Virus record (IMG/VR): IMGVR_UViG_3300011008_000004
Location: 1 to 64,000 of that record
DNA: 64,000 bases
From: a virus
Taxonomy: Duplodnaviria; Caudoviricetes
Direction: 5' to 3' (one strand)
Below the pieces are notes generated by a model. The model was not told the origin of the DNA and did no database searches. It saw only the letters and a list, made by a program, of their open reading frames with translations. Positions within the stretch are counted from its first letter, which is position 1. Every line of letters begins with the position of its first letter. Positions 55,265 through 64,000 of the stretch are shown here, in pieces. Both the position numbers and the translations under genes were made by a program.

Positions 55265-56535
55265 TTTGCATGATATTTTACAATAAATTCGTTGTCAACT
55301 GCTTTAAAAGAAGATTCCCCATCTAAAGCTCTCAACACTATACCTTCTCTCATTCCGCCATCAATTATCGATTCACCGCCTGCTAAAGCTAATAAATCAT
55401 CACAAGTTTTTGGAAGCTCAAAAGGATTATCTAATGTGTCTAAAACAGGAACACAAGCAAGATATCTATCGATGGATCTCTCTGATTCTTCCCATAAATC
55501 TTTGTTTATTTTTTGAATAACATCAACCATCTCTATAGGATTTAATCTTACAGGAGCTTTACCATTTTCTTTATAAATGTAATTAAATATAACAAGTTTA
55601 TGTTCTTTTCCATAGTTTCTTTTTTGAATTGAACCGCCATAAGTTTCACCTTGAATAGTTATATATTCATATTCAGGATGCTTATTAAGAATATAATTTA
55701 ATACCATATTCATATCATACTTAGCAGCCATTTCTAAATAAACATTACCATCAGAATCTTTATAGAAATTTCTCAATTCTTTTTCAGGAGTATTAAATAC
55801 TATATTTCTAGAACATACAAGCATTTCTCTCTTTTTAGGTTTTGCTTGTTTCATAGTAAAGGTAGTTGAAGTACCATCAATCTTTTCAGTTCTTATCCAT
55901 TTCTTATTAAGAGCTTTCATTTGATTGAAATTATTCTGACATCTCTCCTCGTCTGTTTTGATAACCCAAGAAGGCCAATCAGTTTTCTTGTCCTTTTTCT
56001 TACCCATAAAGAAGAAGCAAATCTTTCTTCCCCATTCTCTCTTCATAAGCCACTTACCAAGCTTAGTCTTAAAGAATTTCTTATGACGAGCTTGCATAGA
56101 TGTATATTTAGAATAATCTGCTTTTCTTTGATTATCTTCTTTTTCCCAATAAGTTATTCCTAACTTTTCAGTCAAAAATTCGCCTATAGCGATATCTTCT
56201 TTTAACTTACATTGATTTAAAGTCATTATCAATCCTGCAGATATTGCTTTACCTTTACAGAATTTTTGAACTTTAATCTTATGTCTATCTGCTCTCTTAT
56301 TTCCAGTAAATTCATCTATGCCTTCATTTAAGAAGTTAAAAATATCAGTATAAGGACATAAAGAATCTGGTTCAATAAATACGCACTTATCACCTATCTT
56401 AAAATCGTTTATTCCAGCTATGCAAGTCCAACCATTTACGTAATAAGTACAAATTTTATCATAACCTTCAATTCTTTTCATATCCGTTATAGTTGCTACA
56501 TAAGCTAATTCTCTTTCACCTTTTGAGTTTAACAT
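55261..56535 (-). CDS. RNA ligase (Rnl2/DRB0094-type with N-terminal OB-like domain)
   Basis: TEKIDGTS motif I, QGE, REGIV, SFKA. Confidence 0.85.
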   Translation of the reverse strand: MLNSKGERELAYVATITDMKRIEGYDKICTYYVNGWTCIAGINDFKIGDKCVFIEPDSLCPYTDIFNFLNEGIDEFTGNKRADRHKIKVQKFCKGKAISAGLIMTLNQCKLKEDIAIGEFLTEKLGITYWEKEDNQRKADYSKYTSMQARHKKFFKTKLGKWLMKREWGRKICFFFMGKKKDKKTDWPSWVIKTDEERCQNNFNQMKALNKKWIRTEKIDGTSTTFTMKQAKPKKREMLVCSRNIVFNTPEKELRNFYKDSDGNVYLEMAAKYDMNMVLNYILNKHPEYEYITIQGETYGGSIQKRNYGKEHKLVIFNYIYKENGKAPVRLNPIEMVDVIQKINKDLWEESERSIDRYLACVPVLDTLDNPFELPKTCDDLLALAGGESIIDGGMREGIVLRALDGESSFKAVDNEFIVKYHAN

Positions 56536-56547
56536 GATTCACCTCAA

Positions 56548-58437
56548 TTATTTATTCTTGTCTTTAGACAACATTCCTCTACATTTTGGATAACTCTTAC
56601 AGCCATAGAATTCTCCATAAGGTCCTTTTCTTAACACCATAGGTCCACCACAAATTGGACATGTTACTCCAGGAACAACTACAGCAGGAGTTTTAGGTGT
56701 TTTTGGAATACTAGCGCTATTTTTAGTTGCTGATTTAACGCTAGTTTCTAATTTATTATAAAAATCATTTAAGAAGTCTAACTTCTTTAATTTGCCACTT
56801 GCTACAGTATCCAACTCTGCCTCCATTTCAGCTGTATAAGTTAAGCTTATAAAGTTTGGAAACGCTAAATCTAAATATTTAGATAATGCAATACCTTTAT
56901 CTGTTGGAACTATACGTTTATCTTCAACTCTACAATAGCCTCTATTCTCATCTAAAAGTGTTGCAACTATAGACGAAAATGTTGATGGTCTACCTATCGA
57001 TTTCTGCTCAAGTTCTTTTACAAATGTAGCTTCATTGTATCTAGCAGGTGGTTGAGTAGCTTTCTCTAAACTCTCTAAAGAAGTTTCTTCTAACTTCTCG
57101 TCTATAATAAACGTATCTTTAGCTAATTCATCTTCTTCATCAGATTCTTTATAACTATATACTTTCTTATAGCCATCAAACTTTAACTCTTGAGAATTAA
57201 ATGTAAATTTATGATCTCCATTTAATATTTCATAAGTAGTTTCTGATGTTATTGAAGGAGCCATCATCGATTGAACAGTTCTTCTCCAAATCATATCATA
57301 AACTTTCAAAAGTTTTTCATCAGTTATATATTGTTTAAGATAGTCTTTAGTTATATTTAAATCTACTACTCTAAAACATTCATGCCCATCTTGAACATTT
57401 GCAGCTTTTTTAGGTTGTTTTAGAGGGGCATAATATGCTTGACCATACGTATTTTTTACATAACTCTCTAAAACTGGAATAAATTCCTTAGCCATAGAGG
57501 TTGAGTCAGTTCTTAAATAAGTAGTTAAAGCTATATGTTGTCCATTAACATTTATACCTTCAAACAACTTTTGAGCATAACCCATCGCAGTCTTAATTCC
57601 TACACCTAACTTTGAAGATACTTCTTGTTGAAATGTAGAAGTTGTAAATGGAGGTTTAGCGTTGCTAGTCTTATCTTTCATTGTTATATTTTTAATAATA
57701 TAATCTTTACCTTTACAATCACTAGCAATTGCTTTTGCTATAGCCTCATCAGTTATTCTTTTAACCTCTTTCTTAGTGGTTCCAAAATACTTCGCTTTAT
57801 ATGGATGCATGTTTTTATTAAAATGTAGCAATACATCGTAATATTTTTCAGGTTTAAAATTTTGAATTTCTAACTCTCTGTCCACTAAAATTTTAAGTCC
57901 AGCACTTTGACATCTACCAACTGATTTAGCACTTACCTGTCTTCTAGCAATTGGTGATAATCTAAAACCTACCATCTTATCTACACACATACGACAATGA
58001 CTAGAATCTACTAAATTATCATCTATGTCTGTAGGATTCGCTAAAGCATTAAGAACTGCTGTCTTAGTTATTTCGTGAAAGGTTGCTCTCTTACACTTCT
58101 CTTTTGGAATCTTTAAGAATTTCTTTAAAGACCAAGCAATAGCTTCTCCCTCTCTATCAGGGTCAGAACAAATATAAATCATATCAGATTTATCTACTTC
58201 ATCTTTAAGTTTCTTAACAACGTCTTTCTTATCGTCAGATACGTTTATATTCATCTTAAAACTATTATCTGGTTCAATTCCTGTATTCCAATAAGAACCT
58301 TTCTTATCAGACAATTCACTAATATGTCCAACTGAAGCCATTACTTTATAATTATTTGGTAAAAATTGAGAAATCGTCTTAATTTTGTTAAGTTAAGGCG
58401 ATTCTACGATGATAAGATATTTTAATAACTTACCCAT
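56548..58437 (-). CDS. topA: type IA DNA topoisomerase; in-frame TAA at codon 15
   Basis: IVESP, ASVGH, DPDREGE, GRCQS, TYLRTD, C-terminal Zn ribbon. Confidence 0.92.
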
Positions 58438-58489
58438 AGAATCAAAAATCCTCCTTAAACGCGTAATTTATATTTTAATTATACAACTT

Positions 58490-59509
58490 TTAGTTTATTG
58501 CTTTTAATAAACCTTCAGCTGTAAGTCTACATTCTACTAAATCTTCTGCTCTATCAACAAGTGGTTCTGGTAATGCATACACTGACCCATTAACTGTCAA
58601 GTTCATAGTTCCTATAATCTTAAAACCTTCTTTAATATTTATAGTTGTTCCTTTATATATAAATTCAGTCTTATTATCAAGTAAGCTCTGAAGGAACCTG
58701 AGTGACTCAAAAGGCAATAGATTTATTTCATCTAATGTTATAGTTTCACCATTCATAATTGCTAACGCAAGAGCTGAAGGTTGAAAAGTTGCTTTGCCAT
58801 CATTAAATGTGAAATCTTCCATAAGATCTGAAGGTAACATCGCTGAGTGACAAACCATACACTTCCCATTGGTCTCTTTCAAAGCTTGTGTAGTTTTACC
58901 AGTTCCTTGTGGACCATAGTAAATCTTAAATCTTTTATTTATAATATTAGTTGGATTCTGCTTAGATAATATATCTAAAATCTCTGTAAATTCTTTGGAT
59001 GACATCTTATCTAAAATTGTAGATGCATAAGAATTATCAGTTAACTTAAAATAATTCTCAACATATTTACGTGCTCTATCATTCTTTAAATTTACAATTG
59101 TGTTTACAAATCTAAAATTAGGTTCAAACTGAAATTCTGAAAAGAAATTTATAAGTCTTTCTAAAGCTAATAACGCAACAGGTTTAGTTTCATCACTGCT
59201 TACAGTTGCTTTAAGTTGGTCATTCACTTGAGTAGGAACTTGTTGATCAATCATACTTTGTGTACTTATAAATGGATTAGGCGTATTGTCAACATCTACG
59301 TGATTGTCTAATAATTCCTTTATTAAAGGTTCTATTTGTGCTCTCTTTTCATCATCATCTAAATTTACACTATTTTGAATTTTATATATGTTAACTAACT
59401 TCGAAAATTCAACAGGATTATGAATAGTCTGCCAACCACCAAATATGTCTGTTTTCATAGTATGACTACCGCTCATCAATGTGATTGTTTGTCCTGTAAT
59501 TAACTTCAT
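58490..59509 (-). CDS. MoxR/dynein-related AAA+ ATPase
   Basis: GPQGTGKT, LDEIN, IIGTMN. Confidence 0.85.
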   Translation of the reverse strand: MKLITGQTITLMSGSHTMKTDIFGGWQTIHNPVEFSKLVNIYKIQNSVNLDDDEKRAQIEPLIKELLDNHVDVDNTPNPFISTQSMIDQQVPTQVNDQLKATVSSDETKPVALLALERLINFFSEFQFEPNFRFVNTIVNLKNDRARKYVENYFKLTDNSYASTILDKMSSKEFTEILDILSKQNPTNIINKRFKIYYGPQGTGKTTQALKETNGKCMVCHSAMLPSDLMEDFTFNDGKATFQPSALALAIMNGETITLDEINLLPFESLRFLQSLLDNKTEFIYKGTTINIKEGFKIIGTMNLTVNGSVYALPEPLVDRAEDLVECRLTAEGLLKAIN

Positions 59510-59568
59510 AATATAACCTCACCACTAAATCTTTTTATAATTATAACACTATAAATGCAATAAGTCAA

Positions 59569-61266
59569 TTAAGTGCGTCTAATAAGCTGTAATAATGCTG
59601 CATATGTATTTTTATATAATTCGTTTACATATTCTTTTGATATAATTTTATGAGCCATAGGACAGTATTTATTAACTTCCTTCTCATTAGAATCATCTAC
59701 GATTATAACTGTATTTACATTATTAAATGCTTCCCAATTTGATACTATATTTCTACCTACAGTCTTATACTTATGTTCATGATTTACGTGTCCATCATAA
59801 AGTACAATATTCATATTTACTGCATTATCAAACTGTTGTTTCTTAAATGTATCAAATATATCATCAGTTAAAACTGTGCCATCATATGAGCTCTGCGTTC
59901 TATTGTATCTCGGTCTAAGCTTCTGTCCTACACCACATGATATTAAATCGTATGAAAAATCTGGAACAGCTCTTTCAAACTTAGTTAAAGCCCATAATAA
60001 TGTGTTAACTTTTTCATCGTTCTCTTGAAAACTTCCAGAACAATCTATAAACATATTTAAGTGCATTTTAGAATAAACACTTGCGTGTCCTTTTCTGTTC
60101 TGTTGCAAGAAGTATTTATAGTCATCTCTCGCTATATTTCTCGGTGTAATAACTCCTGAATATGCAGCTATAGACGAACCATTGTTTTTACGTGTAGTTT
60201 TTAATAATGATATTAAACTATCTATCATATCGAATACAGCTTTATCCGCTTTCTGCTTCGCTTTATCATCATCTTTACCAGGACGATGCCAAGTACTTCC
60301 AGCTTTATCTTTGCTATCATCTATAATAGTGTAAAAATCGTCATAATCCCCTTCACTGACATCGACTGAACCCATAGTCTGTATATTAGAGAACTTGTTT
60401 AGTTGACCGCTTTCATTATCAGATGAATTTCCTTCGTCACTTTCATCGTCTAATTCTTCATCTAATTTATTTAAATCTTCTTCAGATAATATAGAACTTA
60501 ATATATTCTTTAATTCTTGTAAGTCTTTAAGTTCTTTAGCACTCTTTCTCTTTTTACTTTTAGACGATTTAAATTGTTGGGATTGCTGTGATTCACTACT
60601 TAATGCACTATCTTCACTATCAGCTTCCATTAAATCTTTTAGCGATTGCTCAATTCGTAAATCACTTGGATTAGTTTCATTATACCATTCAACAAATCTT
60701 TCATATAAATACTTCACATCATACTCATAGTTTCTAATAGATTCTCTAATATTAGTATCTATTTTTGACACTGCAATATCTAAGTGTGTATATTTATCGA
60801 TTAAATTATGAACTTCCTCTAAAAACGCTACAGGACCAATTCTATATCTTACTAATTGATACCAAGCATCCCACTCATTTTCAGGAGGTTGATTATTAAA
60901 TCCATTTAATTTTTTACAAAAAGCTTTAAAGTCTGTATCTAAATAATAATTCTTTAAAATAGATTCTATTCTCTCATCTTCAAATACGTTTATAATCATA
61001 TCTATTTTTAAAATTCTTGGCGTCAATAATGCATGTGATAACTCATGAAATATCAAATGTCTTACACTACTTTCAGCGTCTGCATCAGTTCTAATAAGTC
61101 TTGCGTTATCACTTATAGTTGGATAAGAAATAACTACGTTACCACGTGATAAATCAAAATATGTATCAGCATTATCACCAATAGATACTTCTACATCTTT
61201 GCCGACATAATAGCCTATTGGAACTTTAGAAATATAATGTTTTAATATTTCTTTAGTTAATTGCAT
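59569..61266 (-). CDS. VWA-domain protein with N-terminal HExxH (AAA partner)
   Basis: HELSH, N.FED.RIE, acidic linker, DCSGS MIDAS, YDG. Confidence 0.8.
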   Translation of the reverse strand: MQLTKEILKHYISKVPIGYYVGKDVEVSIGDNADTYFDLSRGNVVISYPTISDNARLIRTDADAESSVRHLIFHELSHALLTPRILKIDMIINVFEDERIESILKNYYLDTDFKAFCKKLNGFNNQPPENEWDAWYQLVRYRIGPVAFLEEVHNLIDKYTHLDIAVSKIDTNIRESIRNYEYDVKYLYERFVEWYNETNPSDLRIEQSLKDLMEADSEDSALSSESQQSQQFKSSKSKKRKSAKELKDLQELKNILSSILSEEDLNKLDEELDDESDEGNSSDNESGQLNKFSNIQTMGSVDVSEGDYDDFYTIIDDSKDKAGSTWHRPGKDDDKAKQKADKAVFDMIDSLISLLKTTRKNNGSSIAAYSGVITPRNIARDDYKYFLQQNRKGHASVYSKMHLNMFIDCSGSFQENDEKVNTLLWALTKFERAVPDFSYDLISCGVGQKLRPRYNRTQSSYDGTVLTDDIFDTFKKQQFDNAVNMNIVLYDGHVNHEHKYKTVGRNIVSNWEAFNNVNTVIIVDDSNEKEVNKYCPMAHKIISKEYVNELYKNTYAALLQLIRRT

Positions 61267-61342
61267 AGCTTTTCCTCCAATTTAATTATATTATACACTA
61301 TAGTCTTAAAAATGTCAACAAAAAAGTCGGTTATTCACCGAC

Positions 61343-61810
61343 TTAATTCTCTAACTGACTCATATCTATTTGAATTAGCTCTAAACCCGCTTCTTCGGCA
61401 ATCTGTAATGCTAAATCATCTGGATATGATTCTATATAAAACACTCGCTTAATACCACTATTTATAAGTAGTTTAGTGCAAGTTGTACAGGGTTGTGTGG
61501 TTATATAAGCATCACCGCCGTCTATAGAAATTCCTAATCTAGCTGCTTGTGTTATCGCATTCTGCTCAGCATGAGTTGCCATACATCTGTCTAGCCACTC
61601 ACCTGATTTACACTTCTCTCTAAGACAATAACCTCTATCTAAACAAGATTCTACGCCAGAAGGTGCACCATTGTAACCAGTTGCAACAATTCTATTATGA
61701 ACAGTTATTACGCATCCAACTTTTCTAGATAAACAAGTAGTCCATTTAGATACGTCTACAGCCAATTTTATGTATCTTTTATTCCATTTTGTCAGATTCA
61801 CTAACTTCAT
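61343..61810 (-). CDS. dCMP deaminase
   Basis: TGYNG, HAEQNA, PCTTC. Confidence 0.92.
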   Translation of the reverse strand: MKLVNLTKWNKRYIKLAVDVSKWTTCLSRKVGCVITVHNRIVATGYNGAPSGVESCLDRGYCLREKCKSGEWLDRCMATHAEQNAITQAARLGISIDGGDAYITTQPCTTCTKLLINSGIKRVFYIESYPDDLALQIAEEAGLELIQIDMSQLEN

Positions 61811-62264
61811 CTTCTTCTTTCAAAAACAGTAACGCTAATATAATAGCTATTATAGCTACTAATGCTGTTGTGGCAACCATAGATATCATTGGTATAAATA
61901 CTATAAACCAACTAATCATTAGTACACTAGATAACTTCAATATGCCTAAAACTAAAGTGGCTAATACACACATAATAAATAATGTATTCCAGACAATACT
62001 AAATACTTTCTCTGTTTTATTTATATTTATTTCTTTTTGCATCAATGTAAAGCCAAAATCTTTTAAAGCTAATTGAAGTTCATATAATTCATCATAATCT
62101 TCTTCGCACATATATGTAACTTTAAACGGATTCTCTGAATCAGGTATATTTGAATGTTCAAATATATCTCTAATTTCAGCTAATGTAACATCTTTCTTTT
62201 TAGCGAATTTAGATGTAGATTTTATTAATTTTGAATTACTATATAGATCTAATACTGATATCAT
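61779..62264 (-). CDS. membrane protein
   Basis: two C-terminal TM helices. Confidence 0.7.
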   Translation of the reverse strand: MISVLDLYSNSKLIKSTSKFAKKKDVTLAEIRDIFEHSNIPDSENPFKVTYMCEEDYDELYELQLALKDFGFTLMQKEININKTEKVFSIVWNTLFIMCVLATLVLGILKLSSVLMISWFIVFIPMISMVATTALVAIIAIILALLFLKEEDEVSESDKME

Positions 62265-62273
62265 TATGCTACC

Positions 62274-62756
62274 TCACAAATAAATAACTTTAGTCTCTAT
62301 CGGTTCTGAAACAAGATTACATAATTTACATGTAACTTTAACAGCCTCTTCAGCACTATGTCCAAGATATAACGCAGCTAATGCGAAATCTCTTCCAGAG
62401 CCAATAGCACTAAAATCGTTAACCCTTAAAACTTCAAAACCGCCGATATAAAATACTTTTGATTTATAAATCATTATATAAGAATTATCAGATTCAAAAT
62501 CAAGATAACTTTGTTTCCACTTACAAAACTCATACATAAAGTCTATAATATCTTTTTCAGTGGCATCTGCAGGTTGGTGTGTTTTAGCAAATATATTTAA
62601 TAAACCAAATTCTCTAATATAACCACAAGAACCAATAATCATATTATTAATTTCTGTTAATTTACACACTTGTTCTTTAGTATTACCTCTTAAACCAATT
62701 GTATCAGCAGAAATCTCTATTTTATCTTTATAAACTTTTACAGCAACAACGCTCAT
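62274..62756 (-). CDS. Ntn-hydrolase / proteasome beta (HslV-like) protein
   Basis: N-terminal S-V-V-A, AD, AIGSG..FAL. Confidence 0.7.
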   Translation of the reverse strand: MSVVAVKVYKDKIEISADTIGLRGNTKEQVCKLTEINNMIIGSCGYIREFGLLNIFAKTHQPADATEKDIIDFMYEFCKWKQSYLDFESDNSYIMIYKSKVFYIGGFEVLRVNDFSAIGSGRDFALAALYLGHSAEEAVKVTCKLCNLVSEPIETKVIYL

Positions 62757-62757
62757 C

Positions 62758-63081
62758 TTAAACCTCTATTTTTAAGAATTCATCTACACTTAAATTCTTA
62801 TCATCTATATAATAATCGGCGCCAACTTTACGCCCTGCTTTTCCAAATCTAGCAAGATTAGCGTCAGTGTGGTCATTTATATAATCACATATTAAACCAT
62901 ATGACTTCAAAAATTCAACTGCCTCATCCAATAATTCATCAGTTCTACAAGTCCAAAGAACTATAGTATGACCCTGTTTCTGTAAAGCTATAGTCTTGTT
63001 TATAACATCTAATTTTGGTGAACCAATTGCTGGATAAGCATTATTTACTAATGTTCCATCAAAATCTACTGCGAAAATCAT
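62758..63081 (-). CDS. HAD-family hydrolase
   Basis: AVDFDGTL, WTCR, YIDDK. Confidence 0.85.
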   Translation of the reverse strand: MIFAVDFDGTLVNNAYPAIGSPKLDVINKTIALQKQGHTIVLWTCRTDELLDEAVEFLKSYGLICDYINDHTDANLARFGKAGRKVGADYYIDDKNLSVDEFLKIEV

Positions 63082-63083
63082 TA

Positions 63084-63990
63084 CTAATCAATAACCTCAA
63101 TATTAAGAAGATTATCTAAAGAACACAATAAGAATTGTGAACCTTCAGAATCTTTTTCTTTAATAGCACCCATGCTAATCAACGCTTGTTTAGTAATAGG
63201 CGTACCATCTTCAAGAAAATAACTAGCAGTTCCTGCAGATGGATTAGCGAATTGAATATATTTCTTTTCAGGATCTTTCTTATTTTGAACTATACCAACA
63301 TAGTCTGTCTTTTCAAACCAAGATGGTCTACTTTGAATTCCTTGTTCAAGTCTTTCTTGTAATTTTTCTTTTACACCTGCAATATCTTCATAGTTAACAC
63401 CAAATTGTGCTTCTATAATAGAATGCTTAATAAATTTAATACCTTTAAGACCTTTCTTGTCAGATCTCATTTCAATTCTTACTTTATCACCAGATTGTAA
63501 CTTTTTTGCTAAAACTTCATTTAAATTCATAATAACACCTCTTTAATTTTATAGTTTAATTATAAACCATTTCATCAAATATGTCAACTAGAATTACTTA
63601 TTTAGATACTTCTCTTTATTTAAACATCTTTCGCATGTCTTTCTACAATCATCTAAAAAGAAATGCATGTCAATAACTGCATCAAATGCACTATTATTTT
63701 GTTCTATAAATCTATCTTGCGCTTTACAACCTTTTTCGCATGTAAATCTACAATATTCGTCTTTTTCACCAAATAAAGCTATGATCTCTTCATCGGTTAA
63801 ATTAGAAGTCGTATTCATCATCTATATTACTCTCCCGAAATGCTTCAGTTCTTTCATCGTCACGAATTTCATCTTCATATTCACTGATAGCTCTATCTAA
63901 ATCATAGTTTAAAATAGACTCAGAATACTTTTTAGTGGTAGCTTCTTTTACGATATCTTTAATTTTTTCTCTAAAATAATAACTATCCAT
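63084..63990 (-). CDS. three hypothetical proteins (63084, 63594, 63802)
   Basis: ORF track; promoter 63559-63587. Confidence 0.65.
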
Positions 63991-64000
63991 ATCTTTTTCC

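Noticed and set aside
1580-63900. Plus-strand ORFs in the supplied track, and minus-strand ORF 5504-5689
   Set aside because: Short antisense shadows of minus-strand genes or RNA regions, with no SD and implausible composition
1-64000. CRISPR array, rRNA, integrase or transposase
   Set aside because: None recognisable in the window

Overview
AT-rich 64 kb segment of a large (jumbo-type) phage genome. The host is probably a Firmicute/Clostridia-like bacterium (inferred from strong SD sites, perfect sigma-A promoters and a clostridial-type glyA). Nearly everything is encoded on the minus strand. Main content: (1) A ~9 kb RNA-gene island (2.3-11.1 kb). It holds an amber-suppressor tRNA(CUA), a tmRNA, ~10 conventional tRNAs and ~9 tRNA-shaped RNAs with rebuilt or enlarged arms. 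It also holds a circularly permuted tRNA-Pro inside a Y-RNA-like stem, a two-copy unknown ncRNA motif, several large structured-RNA candidates and a GIY-YIG endonuclease. (2) TAG is read as sense (Gln, code 15) in a subset of genes that the supplied ORF track fragments or misses: BspA-type LRR proteins, three tail-fibre-like paralogs and a complete diversity-generating retroelement (target/VR, hairpin, avd, TR, and an RT with 13 in-frame TAGs). The sigma-A-driven genes, in contrast, lack internal TAG. A different upstream motif (GCTAAATTA) heads most TAG-dependent units and the suppressor tRNA. (3) Long runs of small hypothetical genes plus metabolic and repair genes: glyA, PnuC, NadR-like, macrodomain, DenV-like glycosylase, RNA ligase, TopA with an in-frame TAA insertion, AAA+VWA pair, deaminases and HADs. 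All family names come from recognising motifs by eye; no database searches were run.
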